Counted from the stretch's first letter, positions 9,904 through 20,790 are shown. The stretch: 64,000 nucleotides of DNA from Rhizobiaceae bacterium (GCA_050247155.1 JBFWUS010000021.1:3666-67665); one strand, 5' to 3'. The notes: generated from the sequence alone by a model not told the origin. Numbers and translations: made by a program.

Positions 9904-10179
9904 TCAGTGCCGGTATTGCTGGATGCGCGTTGTGCGCAGGCCCGCCAGACCGTACTCGTCGATCGACGCCTGCCACGAGAGAAATTCCTCGGTCGTCAAC
10001 TTGTAGCGGTTGCACGCTTCATCGAGGGAGAGCAAGCCGCCGCGTACGGCCGCAACAACTTCCGCCTTGCGGCGAATAACCCAGCGCCGCGTATTCGTCG
10101 GCGGCAGGTCGGCAATCGTCAGCGGGCTCCCATCCGGCCCGATGACATACTTTACGCGCGGCCTTACAAGATCGGTCAT
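9904..10179 (-). CDS. sciP: SciP, CtrA inhibitor (DUF1153)
   Basis: LPPTNTRRWVIRRKAEVVAAVRGGLLSLDEAC ... GLAGLRTT. Confidence 0.95.
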   Translation of the reverse strand: MTDLVRPRVKYVIGPDGSPLTIADLPPTNTRRWVIRRKAEVVAAVRGGLLSLDEACNRYKLTTEEFLSWQASIDEYGLAGLRTTRIQQYRH

Positions 10180-10235
10180 ACTACTCTCTACAAAAACTCA
10201 CAGACCCAATCGGGCCTAACATTAGCCGCACAGCT

Positions 10236-10272
10236 TTAAAAATTGCCTAAACGAAAGGTAAGCATCTGGTAA
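10236..10272. promoter_or_regulatory. CtrA-box-like sites upstream of sciP
   Basis: TTAA-AAATTGC-CTAA (10236-10250) and GTAA-GCATCTG-GTAA (10258-10272). Confidence 0.55.
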
Positions 10273-10462
10273 TTAAGGTAAATCGGATATTTGCCAAAAA
10301 GAGCGAACTTCCATCAAACTTTATGCGTCGTTACGGCACCCACCGAGGACACCGGCATTGCAGGCGATTGCCGTCGGCTTTCGGGTGAATGCTGGCGGGA
10401 CCCAGGTGGTTGACCTATATTGCCCGAATTGGCATTGAACCGCCGAAATCCGGACCCAGACC

Positions 10463-11650
10463 ATGAACAGCCTCGATCTGCCTCTCAGCCCGAAGGACAC
10501 GCGCGTCGTTGTCGCGATGTCGGGCGGCGTCGATTCGTCGGTCGTGGCCGGGCTGCTGCGCGACGAGGGCTATGACGTCGTCGGCGTGACGCTGCAGCTC
10601 TACGATCATGGCGCGGCGACGCACCGCGCCGGCTCCTGCTGCGCGGGCCAAGACATTGCCGATGCCCGGCGGGTGGCCGAGACGCTGGGCATTCCGCATT
10701 ATGTGCTGAATTACGAGCAGCGCTTTCGCGAGGCGGTGATCAATCCCTTCGCCGAAAGCTATGTCGCCGGCGAGACGCCGATCCCGTGCGTTTCCTGCAA
10801 TCAGACCGTGAAATTCGCCGATCTTTTGACCACCGCGCGCGAGTTGGGCGCGGATGCGCTGGCGACCGGCCACTATATCCGCAGCCGCGCCAACGGCGCG
10901 CACCGCGCGCTTTACCGGCCGGTCGATGCCGATCGCGACCAGAGCTATTTCCTCTTCGCGACGACGCAGGAGCAGATCGACTATCTGCGTTTTCCGCTGG
11001 GCGGCTTGTCGAAACCGGACGTGCGCGCGGCGGCCGAGCGCATGGGCCTCGTGGTCGCCAACAAGGCAGACAGCCAGGACATCTGCTTCGTGCCGCAGGG
11101 TAAGTATTCGGACATTATCGCCAAGCTGAAGCCGCTGGCCGCCTCGCCGGGCGAGATCGTGCATCTCGACGGACGCGTGCTCGGTCGGCACGACGGCATT
11201 TTGAAGTACACGATCGGTCAGCGGCGCGGCATCGGTGTTGCCGCCGCCGAGCCGCTTTATGTCGTGCATCTCGACGCCGACCGCGCCCGCGTCATCGTCG
11301 GGCCGCGCGAGGCGCTGGAGACGCACAAGGTGTTCCTGCGCGATATGAACTGGCTCGGCGACAAGCCGTTGGACGAGATCGGCCCGGAGGGCGTCGAGGT
11401 TTTCGCCAAGGTGCGCTCGACGCGCCCGCCTCGCCCGGCAACCCTGTTCTACGCCGACGGACAGAGCTGGGTGGAACTGGCGGTCGGCGAGGCCGGCGTC
11501 GCCCCCGGCCAGGCCTGCGTGCTCTACTCCGACGAGAGCAACGAGGCGCGCGTGTTCGGCGGCGGCTTCATCCAGCGCTCCGAGCGTGGAAAGCAGGCCG
11601 AAGCGATGTTGGCGAGGCTGGCGGAGCAGCCGATCAACAGCGCGGCTTGA
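10463..11650 (+). CDS. mnmA: tRNA-specific 2-thiouridylase MnmA
   Basis: [50 protein letters not shown]. Confidence 0.97.
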   Translation: MNSLDLPLSPKDTRVVVAMSGGVDSSVVAGLLRDEGYDVVGVTLQLYDHGAATHRAGSCCAGQDIADARRVAETLGIPHYVLNYEQRFREAVINPFAESYVAGETPIPCVSCNQTVKFADLLTTARELGADALATGHYIRSRANGAHRALYRPVDADRDQSYFLFATTQEQIDYLRFPLGGLSKPDVRAAAERMGLVVANKADSQDICFVPQGKYSDIIAKLKPLAASPGEIVHLDGRVLGRHDGILKYTIGQRRGIGVAAAEPLYVVHLDADRARVIVGPREALETHKVFLRDMNWLGDKPLDEIGPEGVEVFAKVRSTRPPRPATLFYADGQSWVELAVGEAGVAPGQACVLYSDESNEARVFGGGFIQRSERGKQAEAMLARLAEQPINSAA

Positions 11651-11656
11651 GCCATT

Positions 11657-12238
11657 CTATCCCGCAGCGAGAGCGTAGACGTTCAGCATCCGGCCGCCAT
11701 CCAGCGCCTTCGATCTTACAAATTTCAGGGCATGGCGATGAGACACGCTATCGAACAGGCCCTTGCCCGGGCCAAGGACGAGTGGATGCACCAATAGTCG
11801 CAACTCGTCGACGAGACCGGCATTGATCATGCTGGCCACCAGGCCGGCGCCGCCGACCAGATGCATCGCCCTCCCTGGCCCGGCCTTTGCTTGCCGAATC
11901 TCTTCAAGGTCGCGGACGAGTGCAGCCACTGACCAGTTTACGTTTTTCAAAGTCGTGGAAACGACGAGATGCGGCGTCCGGTCGGCAAAGGCGGCGTAGG
12001 CTTTCTCGCCGTCCGTGGCCGGGCGGCCGGTGAACTCAAGCACGCCATCCGGATTGGACAGGATCGACGTCCAATATTGCTCGTATCCGGGATACATGCC
12101 GCCGCCAAGGATGCAGGTATCGATCTCGTCCATCACCCCGAAACCGTCATCCCAACCTTCGATCCAATCCAGTTCTCCATTCGGGCCTTCGATACGCCCG
12201 TCCAAAGAGGTTTGAAGGGCGGCGATGATCTTGCGCAT
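11657..12238 (-). CDS. Dihydrofolate-reductase-like (RibD C-terminal) protein
   Basis: SLDGRIEGP, GGAGLVASMINAGLVDELRLLVHPLVLGPGKGLF. Confidence 0.85.
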   Translation of the reverse strand: MRKIIAALQTSLDGRIEGPNGELDWIEGWDDGFGVMDEIDTCILGGGMYPGYEQYWTSILSNPDGVLEFTGRPATDGEKAYAAFADRTPHLVVSTTLKNVNWSVAALVRDLEEIRQAKAGPGRAMHLVGGAGLVASMINAGLVDELRLLVHPLVLGPGKGLFDSVSHRHALKFVRSKALDGGRMLNVYALAAG

Positions 12239-12353
12239 GGCGGTTCTCCTTGCTTGCACGTCTGAAAGACGCACCGACAGGCAGGCAGCCGACAGGCTCG
12301 AGATCTTTATTTTCCATGTTGGTTAAATACGCCGAATCGAGATTGTCCCGCGG

Positions 12354-13046
12354 CTACGCTGCGGCGAACACTCGAACGGGCGCGACAACCTGGTAGCCCA
12401 GGCTGCGATAGAGCGGCTCGCCCTGGTCGCTGGAAATCAGCAGTGCCCGGCGATGCCCGGCGCGCGCCGCGTGCGCAGCGAGCGCCATCATGACCCGACG
12501 CGCCAAACCACGCCGACGAAAGGCCGGCGCTGTCGAGACCCGGTCTACGACGATATCGCCGTCATCGGCCACGCCATAACGGGCGGTGGCGGCGGCCGAG
12601 CCTTCAACAGTTACGACGAACAGGAACGAACGGTCGTTCGGCTCGAACGGTGAAATTTCGCCGGATGCATTGATAGTCGCGATCTGCGCCGGGTCGCGGA
12701 CGAGAAACGCCTCGATCTCTTCGGACGACTGTTCCAAGGCCGCGATATCGGCCAGCATGAACAGCTCGTCCACCAGCACCTTCAAACCATTTTGGCCGGC
12801 CGGCATCAGCCGGCCGACATCACCGACGACCGTGAGCCATTCATCCGGCTTGAGTTTTGTCAGGAGTTCGTTCGAGACGGGCTCGCAAGCGAAATACTCG
12901 CCGGAGCGGCCAGGCGAATCATAAAGCGCCACGTGGAAACCGTAGTCACCGGCAGTGACTAACGCGCCTTTGCGGCAGGCGCCAAAACCTTCGATGAAGG
13001 AATACAGCAACGCCTTGCGGCCGGTTTCGGTCTGCCAGTCGTTCAT
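12354..13046 (-). CDS. GNAT family acetyltransferase
   Basis: C-terminal VSTAPAFRRRGLAR acetyl-CoA motif, GEPLYRSLGY. Confidence 0.8.
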   Translation of the reverse strand: MNDWQTETGRKALLYSFIEGFGACRKGALVTAGDYGFHVALYDSPGRSGEYFACEPVSNELLTKLKPDEWLTVVGDVGRLMPAGQNGLKVLVDELFMLADIAALEQSSEEIEAFLVRDPAQIATINASGEISPFEPNDRSFLFVVTVEGSAAATARYGVADDGDIVVDRVSTAPAFRRRGLARRVMMALAAHAARAGHRRALLISSDQGEPLYRSLGYQVVAPVRVFAAA

Positions 13047-13064
13047 ACCCGGCTATCGCGCCGG

Positions 13065-14018
13065 TCAATCATGGCTGACGGTGCCGGCGGTTAGAATGTC
13101 GAGCACCATAATGCCCTCCTCACCGCTGGTGCGCGGGGTGGCGCGCGTTTTGATGCAGTCGAGGAAATGCTCAAGCTCACGAGTCAGCGGCATGCCCTGT
13201 CTTATTGTGACATATGACGGCTCGTTGGTGGTGAAAGCCCACTGGCCGCTGTCCTGCCACACCGCATGACGGTAGACGGCGAGCTTGCGCTCCCACGGCT
13301 CGACGTCGTCGAACACCGCCATCGCCTTGGTGCCGACTACCGTCAGGCGACGCTCGCGATAGGGATTGAGGCGCGAGGTGAACAGATGGCTGCGCAGGCC
13401 GCTCGGGAAACGCATATGGACGTGGGCGAAATCGCTCAGATGGTCCAGCAGCGCCGCGCCCTCGCCATGGATCTCCGATGGCGGCTGGCCGGTGATAGCG
13501 AGGATCATCGACAGATCGTGCGGGGCGAGATCCCACAGCGCATCGTTTTCCGTATGGAATTTGCCGAGGCCGAGCCGGTGCGAATGGATGTAGCGCACGT
13601 CGCCCAGTTCGCCGGTATCGATCAGTTCTTTCAGCTTTTCGAAGGCCGGGTGAAAACGCAGCACATGGCCGACCATATAGACGCGATTGTTTGCCTTGGC
13701 GGCGGCGACGGCGCGCTTGGCGTCAGGCACGGTCAGTGCGATCGGCTTCTCGACCAGCACGTCCTTGCCGGCTTCCACCGCCTTGATGGCTGTTTCGGCG
13801 TGAAACTGCGGCGGAAGCGCCATGACGACAGCATCGATATCGGCCCGGCCGAACAATTCGTCAGGATCGATCGCCTCGACATCCTGGTCGCTGGCGAAAC
13901 CTTCGGCGCGCGCGCGGTTGGCGTCGGAGACGGCGTGCAAGGCGCCAAGCGCCTTCAGGGTGCGGATATGATTGGACCCCCAATACCCGCAGCCTAGGAC
14001 TGCAACACGCGGCTTCAT
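13065..14018 (-). CDS. Gfo/Idh/MocA family oxidoreductase
   Basis: VLGCGYWG, VEKPIA, DLAPHDLS. Confidence 0.9.
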   Translation of the reverse strand: MKPRVAVLGCGYWGSNHIRTLKALGALHAVSDANRARAEGFASDQDVEAIDPDELFGRADIDAVVMALPPQFHAETAIKAVEAGKDVLVEKPIALTVPDAKRAVAAAKANNRVYMVGHVLRFHPAFEKLKELIDTGELGDVRYIHSHRLGLGKFHTENDALWDLAPHDLSMILAITGQPPSEIHGEGAALLDHLSDFAHVHMRFPSGLRSHLFTSRLNPYRERRLTVVGTKAMAVFDDVEPWERKLAVYRHAVWQDSGQWAFTTNEPSYVTIRQGMPLTRELEHFLDCIKTRATPRTSGEEGIMVLDILTAGTVSHD

Positions 14019-14167
14019 ATAATCCTTGCTCGAAACTCCCGCGCGGAGACATAGCGGCGAGACGGGACGAACTCAACCCCGCCCCACCTCAAGCGCCCCT
14101 GTCCGTCAATCAATTGAGATGTCGTGACGACAAGCAATAGAGAGCGGCAGGCAGGCGGCCGCAGCGG

Positions 14168-14551
14168 TTAGCCGACTTTGGGGGCCGCAAGGGCATTACC
14201 CGGAACATACAGCGCAATCGGCCTGATCTCGTAGACAGCTGTCGGATTGGCGCGGCGAAGGCCACGCGCGATCTCAACCACCTCATCCCGGCTGGCGCAA
14301 TCCACGACATAGAGCCCAAGCAAGGCTTCCTTCGTTTCGGCAAAAGGTCCGTCGATCACATCGCCCGCGCCGGGACCGCGCAGCGTGAAGGCCGCGGCGG
14401 TGAAATCCAGCCGTGCCGCTGGCCCCATCTTGCCCTGATCGACGAGGCCGTTGTGATAGCTCAACAGTTCGGTCATCAGCGCGGCATCTTCTTCCGGGCT
14501 CATCGAGGTGATGGCGTTTTCTTCATGATAGGCCAGGATGGAGTAGAGCAA
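14168..14551 (-). CDS. YciI/DGPF-domain protein
   Basis: VIDGPFAETKEALLGLYVVDC, EIRP; TTG start after GAGG; the longer ORF-track extension runs through the palindromic element. Confidence 0.85.
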   Translation of the reverse strand: MLYSILAYHEENAITSMSPEEDAALMTELLSYHNGLVDQGKMGPAARLDFTAAAFTLRGPGAGDVIDGPFAETKEALLGLYVVDCASRDEVVEIARGLRRANPTAVYEIRPIALYVPGNALAAPKVG

Positions 14552-14685
14552 GAGGCACCTCTTCGGCGTTCGCGGTGCGCGAGTATTGTCGAGATGGCGG
14601 CCAGACGCTAGCCAAGCTTGCACATCGGTTTTGACATTTTGATCGGCCAAACCGGCTTGATCCGTCGCGCGATTGCCGCCAACAG

Positions 14686-14959
14686 TTAGAGCAATATCTG
14701 ACCTGATTGAACCATTCTGCCGGCGATGGTTTGGGACAAGATCAAGGACTTCCTCGAAGGTCGGACTGGTTGTCCGGCCGAGAGGAAGTCCGACGGAATT
14801 GGCCCAAACCAGCCCGGCCCTTTGGGTTTGCCGTGTGGCGGACGCCCACGTCGTCAGGCCGCTCGGCCGGGCAACCAGCCCGACCTTCGCGTCCTTCCTG
14901 GTGGATCGCCTCGCCAAACGGCAAACAGAATGATTCAATCAGGACAGATATTGCTCTAA
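14686..14959. repeat. 274-bp branched palindromic element with 34-bp terminal inverted repeats (MITE-like / structured RNA or ssDNA candidate)
   Basis: TIR TTAGAGCAATATCTGACCTGATTGAACCATTCTG (14686-14719) vs 14926-14959, 32/34 match; several internal inverted repeats. Confidence 0.85.
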
Positions 14960-14980
14960 GGACGAACCGGAGGATTTCCC

Positions 14981-15976
14981 ATGACCAACAGTTTTACCGC
15001 CCTGATGATCGAGGACGAGGGTGGGAAACCCAAGGCCGGCTTCAAGACCATTACCCAAGCCGATCTGCCCGACCATGACGTGCTGGTGGAGATTTCGCAC
15101 TCGACGCTCAACTACAAGGACGGGCTGGCCGTATCTGGCAAGGGGCGAATCGCCCGGCGCATGCCGATGGTGGCCGGCATCGACCTCGCCGGCACCGTGG
15201 TCGAGGACCGGTCAGGCAAGTGGAAGGCCGAGGACAAGGTGGTGCTCAACGGCTTCGGGCTGTCCGAAACCGAATGGGGCGCCTATACCCGCTTCCAACG
15301 CGTCAAGCCGGAATGGCTGATCAAGCTGCCGGAGGCTTTTTCGCCCCAGCAGGCGATGGCGATCGGTACGGCCGGGTATACGGCGGCGCTCTGCGTCATG
15401 GCCCTGGAAGCTTGGGGCACGATCAAGACCGACAAGCGTGAGGTGCTCGTAACCGGTGCAGCTGGCGGCGTCGGCTCGACGGCGATCATCTTGCTTGCGC
15501 AGCGCGGCTACAAGGTGACGGCGGCGACAGGCCGGCCGGAGACGCATGACTATCTGTCGGCCCTCGGCGCGACGGGTTTCGTCGGCAGGGCGGAACTGGC
15601 TGAAAAGGGCGCTCCGTTGCAAAAGGAGCGCTGGGCCGGCGCGGTGGATTCCGTCGGCTCGACCACATTGGCAAACGCGATTGCGCAGACCGTCTATGGC
15701 GGCGCGGTCGCGGCCTGCGGCCTCGCAGGCGGAGCTGATCTGCCGGGCACCGTGCTGCCACACATTCTGCGCGGCGTCGCCCTGCTTGGCGTCGATTCGG
15801 TGATGGCCCCAATGGCCAAGCGCGAGGCTGCTTGGAAGCTGCTTGCGGAAAGTCTAAATGCCGATCAGCTCGCGAAAATGACCCGAGTCGAGCCAATGTC
15901 GAAGCTGCCGGACCTTGCGCAGGAAATTCTGGCCGGCCAGGTGCGCGGGCGCGTGGTGATCGAGATCGGCAAATAG
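14981..15976 (+). CDS. MDR family oxidoreductase, AcuI/YhdH type (acryloyl-CoA reductase-like)
   Basis: STLNYKDGLA, AMAIGTAGYTAAL, VTGAAGGVGS, ILRGVALLGVDS. Confidence 0.9.
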   Translation: MTNSFTALMIEDEGGKPKAGFKTITQADLPDHDVLVEISHSTLNYKDGLAVSGKGRIARRMPMVAGIDLAGTVVEDRSGKWKAEDKVVLNGFGLSETEWGAYTRFQRVKPEWLIKLPEAFSPQQAMAIGTAGYTAALCVMALEAWGTIKTDKREVLVTGAAGGVGSTAIILLAQRGYKVTAATGRPETHDYLSALGATGFVGRAELAEKGAPLQKERWAGAVDSVGSTTLANAIAQTVYGGAVAACGLAGGADLPGTVLPHILRGVALLGVDSVMAPMAKREAAWKLLAESLNADQLAKMTRVEPMSKLPDLAQEILAGQVRGRVVIEIGK

Positions 15977-16004
15977 CCGTTTGAGAACGCTCTACAAAGC
16001 AAAT

Positions 16005-16027
16005 GCCCGGCGTTTCATGCGCCGGGC
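16005..16027. terminator. Probable terminator between convergent acuI-like gene and modA
   Basis: GCCCGGCG-TTTCATG-CGCCGGGC stem, GTCTTTGTTT downstream on +. Confidence 0.65.
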
Positions 16028-16050
16028 GTCTTTGTTTCAGCAAGTGGCCG

Positions 16051-16836
16051 TCAGTTCGAGACCACCGGCGCCAGGAACGTAAAACCTTCCTTCTCGAACA
16101 GCTCTTTTGCCTTCTCAGTCTGCAGGCATTTCTCGAAGTCCGCCGCGTCCTGGTTCTTTGTCGCCGCCGTCAGCCCGACCGGGTAGATGATCGGCGGGTG
16201 TGAATCCTCGGGGAAGGTGCCGACGATCTTGACGCCTTCGTCAGCCGCGGCATCTGTCTGATAGACGATGCCGGCAGCCGCTTCGCCAGTGGAAACCAGT
16301 TTCAGCGCCGCCCGAACATTCTCAGCCTGGGCGACCTTGCCGGACACACCTTCCCAAACACCAAGCTTTTCCAAAGCCGCCTTGCCATATTTGCCGGCCG
16401 GTACGGAGTCGACATTGGCCATGGCCAGCTTGCCATCGCCAACGAGAGCGGCCAGATCGAAATTCGGCGCGATGGTCGCCTCCGCCTTCGAATCCTTCGG
16501 CGCGACCAGGACGATGCGGTTGCCGAGCAGCTTCACCTCGGTGTCCGGCTGGGTGAGCTTCTTGTCGGACAGATACTTCATCCAGTCGAGATCGGCCGAG
16601 ATGAAGACGTCAGCCGGCGCGCCTTCCTCGATCTGCTTGGCGAGCGCCGAACTGGCGGCATATGAGATCGTCGCCTTGGCGCCGACATCCGCTTCGCAAG
16701 CGGCATTCACATTGTCGAGGGCGTTCTTGAGGCTCGCGGCGGCGAACACCGTCAAAGCATCCTGTGCCGCCGCCGAACCGACCGACAGCCCGGCAAATGC
16801 CGCCATCGTCACCAGAAATGCTGTGCGTTTGATCAT
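16051..16836 (-). CDS. modA: Molybdate ABC transporter substrate-binding protein
   Basis: Signal peptide, VFAAASL, SYAASSALAKQIEEGAPADVFISAD, SVPAGKYG, GIVYQTDA. Confidence 0.92.
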   Translation of the reverse strand: MIKRTAFLVTMAAFAGLSVGSAAAQDALTVFAAASLKNALDNVNAACEADVGAKATISYAASSALAKQIEEGAPADVFISADLDWMKYLSDKKLTQPDTEVKLLGNRIVLVAPKDSKAEATIAPNFDLAALVGDGKLAMANVDSVPAGKYGKAALEKLGVWEGVSGKVAQAENVRAALKLVSTGEAAAGIVYQTDAAADEGVKIVGTFPEDSHPPIIYPVGLTAATKNQDAADFEKCLQTEKAKELFEKEGFTFLAPVVSN

Positions 16837-16872
16837 GAAACCCGCTCCTCCACTACGCCCAAATGCGCGATG

Positions 16873-16900
16873 ATCGATATGTTTAAATGAACATAACAGA
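16873..16900. promoter_or_regulatory. ModE/Mo-box-like palindrome upstream of modA
   Basis: ATCGATATGT-N8-ACATAAC; TATGT-N8-ACATA has the spacing of the TATAT-N8-ATATA Mo-box. Confidence 0.55.
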
Positions 16901-17045
16901 GCATTTTTCGGTTCGAAAGGGGCCGCTTGTCCGGGCCGGCAAATTTCTGAAATTTCAAATAATTCACCTAAAAATGCCATTCGCGAGTGAGGTGCGGCAA
17001 TTCAGCGAGCAGAAGCTGATAGCTGTAGGAATATAGCGGGATTGG

Positions 17046-18365
17046 TCAGCTCGCGCGCTTGGCTTCCGCTTCGACCATTTCGTGCCGCTCACCGATGACG
17101 CGATTGCGGCCGCCCGCCTTCGCTTGATAGAGGCGACGATCCGCCTGGGCATAAAGATTTGTCAGTGTGTCGGTATCGGCCGACAGCGTGCCGACGCCGA
17201 CGCTCACCGTCAGACCAATGCGCTCGCCGTCGGGGGAGGCGACCACCGCTTGACGAATGGTCTCCCCGAGCAGCCAGGCCAGCGTGTGATGCAGCGGGCA
17301 TAGGACCGCGAACTCCTCGCCGCCTAGCCGAAACACCTGCTGGTCCACGCCCGCTGCCTTTTCGGTCAGCAAGGACGCGATTTCGCGGATGACGCGATCG
17401 CCTTCGCCGTGGCCATGGCGGTCATTGATCGCCTTGAAGTGATCGATGTCGATGATCAGCAGGCTGAGAGGTTTGCCGCCAGCCTTACCGGTGCTGACCG
17501 CGCCGGCGGCCAGCGTTTCGAAGCGGCCACGGTGCAGCAGACCTGTCAGGCCGTCGCGGCCGGACACCTCGACCAGCGCCTCATATTTCTCGCGATAGGT
17601 GAGCAGATCGAAGACATCTGAAATGCCGCGCGGCGTGCTGGAGCGTGGGCGCTCAACCCATTTCAGATAGGCAACCATGGCCAAGCTGTAGACGAAGGCC
17701 GCGACCATCTTTGCCGCCCAGCCGCCAAACAGCACCGACCACGGCGCGTCGGTGAGATAACGCAGGACCAGATAGAAGCCGATCTGGTCGAAGGTGAGCA
17801 CGGCGCAAGCGCTTAACGCGATACGCGGGAACATGGCGCGCCCGAGCCATTTACCGAACTTTTCGTAAGCCAGGATGATGGCGATGGCGTCGATGTAGAG
17901 CAGCGTTGTACCCCACACCATCAACCAGCCCATCTCCTGCACAAAGCCGATGTCCGGGGCACGGTTATTCGACAGGGTGGCGACTTGGTGGAAGCCGAGA
18001 ATGCCGACGAGACCGAGGACGAGAAAGTTGCCGATCAGAAGGCCGTAGATCGGCTGGCGAACGGTGGTTGCATCCTCCTTGATATAGAGGAGCAAGAGCA
18101 TGATCAGCTTGCCGGAAAAGAGAACCGTCGATCCCGGCGACAAAATGCCAAACGGCAGTTCCACATAGAAGCTGCTGGCGAGATAGGTTTCGATGAAATG
18201 CATCACGCCGAGCGCCGACATGAACAGGCCGACACCAAAACGTTTGCGAACACGCAACAAGCTTGCCATCACGCCGAAATAAAGCGCGGCCTCCGCCAGG
18301 AGCAGCAAAGAATTCAGATAGGGTGTCGACAGGGCAAGGCTCACGCGCATCGATCCCGAGCGCAT
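17046..18365 (-). CDS. Diguanylate cyclase (GGEEF) with multi-TM N-terminal sensor
   Basis: DGLTGLLHR, IDIDHFKAINDRHGHGEGD, RLGGEEFAV, ADRRLYQAKAGGRNRV; about 8 hydrophobic segments N-terminally; start could be 18350 or 18365. Confidence 0.88.
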   Translation of the reverse strand: MRSGSMRVSLALSTPYLNSLLLLAEAALYFGVMASLLRVRKRFGVGLFMSALGVMHFIETYLASSFYVELPFGILSPGSTVLFSGKLIMLLLLYIKEDATTVRQPIYGLLIGNFLVLGLVGILGFHQVATLSNNRAPDIGFVQEMGWLMVWGTTLLYIDAIAIILAYEKFGKWLGRAMFPRIALSACAVLTFDQIGFYLVLRYLTDAPWSVLFGGWAAKMVAAFVYSLAMVAYLKWVERPRSSTPRGISDVFDLLTYREKYEALVEVSGRDGLTGLLHRGRFETLAAGAVSTGKAGGKPLSLLIIDIDHFKAINDRHGHGEGDRVIREIASLLTEKAAGVDQQVFRLGGEEFAVLCPLHHTLAWLLGETIRQAVVASPDGERIGLTVSVGVGTLSADTDTLTNLYAQADRRLYQAKAGGRNRVIGERHEMVEAEAKRAS

Positions 18366-18442
18366 GAGAGATGCAAGCTTGCGCTGAGGAATACACGCTT
18401 AGCGCGAAAGCGTTAACCCAAAGTGGAAATGGGGCCCAGCGG

Positions 18443-19269
<827 letters not shown>

Positions 19270-19273
<4 letters not shown>

Positions 19274-20154
19274 AGGGGTGCCTCCACGGGCGGATTGTTC
19301 ACCGCGGCCATGGCGTCCGGCGCGCGGTCGTCTACGAAGAGTTCGGAAATGGTGGGCAGACGATCGCCGGTGGCGTTGTCCGGCAAAGCAGCCAGCAGCG
19401 CCTTGGTGTAGTTGTTCTTGGGGCTTTCGAAGAGGGAGAGCACGTCGGCCTCCTCCATCTTGCGGCCCTTGTATTGCACAATCACGCGGTCCGCTGTTTC
19501 GGCGACGACGCCCATATTGTGGGTGATCATGATCAGGCCCATGCCATGCTCTTGCTGGAGTTTTACCAGGAGGTCGAGGATCTGCTTCTGGATCGTGACA
19601 TCGAGCGCGGTGGTCGGCTCGTCGGCAATTAGCAGCTTCGGATTGCAGGCAATGGCGATGGCGATCATCACGCGCTGGCACTGGCCGCCCGACATCTGGT
19701 GAGGAAAATGGCCAAGCCGGTCGGCCGGGTCCGGAATGCCGACGGCTTTGAAGAGTTCGATGGCGCGGGCGCGGCGCGCCTTCTTGTCGAGACCCATATG
19801 GACACGCAGAACTTCCTCGATCTGGAAGCCGACGGTGAAGCACGGATTGAGGCTGGCGATGGGCTCCTGAAAGATCATGGCAATGTCCTTGCCAACGATC
19901 TTGCGGCGATCGGCGATGGAAAGGCCGAGAAGATCGCGGCCCTGGAAGGTCATCTTGTCGGCCGTGACCTTTGCCGTCCAGGGCAGCAGGCCCATGGTCG
20001 CCAGCATTGACACCGACTTGCCGGAACCGGACTCGCCGACGATCGCAAGAACCTCACGCTCGTGCACTTTCAGCGACACACCGTCCACGGCCCGGAACGG
20101 ACCGGAGGCCGTCTGGAATTCGACGACGAGATTTTCGATTTCAAGAAGAGCCAT
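19270..20154 (-). CDS. dppD: Dipeptide ABC transporter ATP-binding subunit
   Basis: [25 protein letters not shown]. Confidence 0.9.
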
Positions 20155-20264
20155 TTTTGCTCCTACGCCATCTGCAATGCCGGCCGCCGGATAGGGCCGA
20201 ATCTCGATTGAATGCGACTGCGGTAGCCCGTACTATCCGCGTGGATACAACGAGGATTGCCGCC

Positions 20265-20756
20265 ATGAAATGGATAAGAATGCTTGCGGTCGCCGGGCTG
20301 ATAGCCTGCGGGCCAATTGCCGTGCTGGCGCAAACCACGGCTCCGCCCGCGACGATTGAACTGACCGGCGGCACAACCTCGCCGATAGCGCTGACCCCCG
20401 ACATGCTGGCCGGACTGCCGCAAATAGAGCAGGACGTGACCTTCCAGACGTCGAAGGGTCCGTCGAGCGGGCACTACAAGGGCGTGCTGTTCTGGGAGGT
20501 GCTGAAGGCGAACAAAGCTCTCGACGGGTTGCAGCGCAACGGGGAACTGCAGAAGACGTTTCTCGTCACCGCCAAGGACGATTACAAGATCGCTTTCTCG
20601 GTCGGCGAGATCCATCCCGAATTCGGCAATACGCCACTGATGATCGCAACGGAAGTCGACGGCAAACCGATCGAGGGTGGCCCGCGCATCGTCGTGCCCG
20701 GCGACAAGCGCGGCGCGCGGGCGGTGCAGGAGATTGTGAAGATCGAGATTAGATAG
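20265..20756 (+). CDS. Exported small protein with molybdopterin-oxidoreductase-like fold, antisense within the dpp operon
   Basis: Signal peptide MKWIRMLAVAGLIACGPIAVLA; YKGVLFWEVL, TAKDDYKIAFS, DGKPI, PRIVVPGDKRGARAVQEIVKIEI. Confidence 0.7.
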   Translation: MKWIRMLAVAGLIACGPIAVLAQTTAPPATIELTGGTTSPIALTPDMLAGLPQIEQDVTFQTSKGPSSGHYKGVLFWEVLKANKALDGLQRNGELQKTFLVTAKDDYKIAFSVGEIHPEFGNTPLMIATEVDGKPIEGGPRIVVPGDKRGARAVQEIVKIEIR

Positions 20757-20790
20757 GGTTCGGTCGTTCGTTTCGGCAAGAGTCAATCGG

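Noticed and set aside
14552-14959. ORFs 14726..14959, 14673..14933 and the extension of 14168..14938
   Set aside because: They lie in the palindromic element, mirror each other on both strands and have no SD; treated as by-products.
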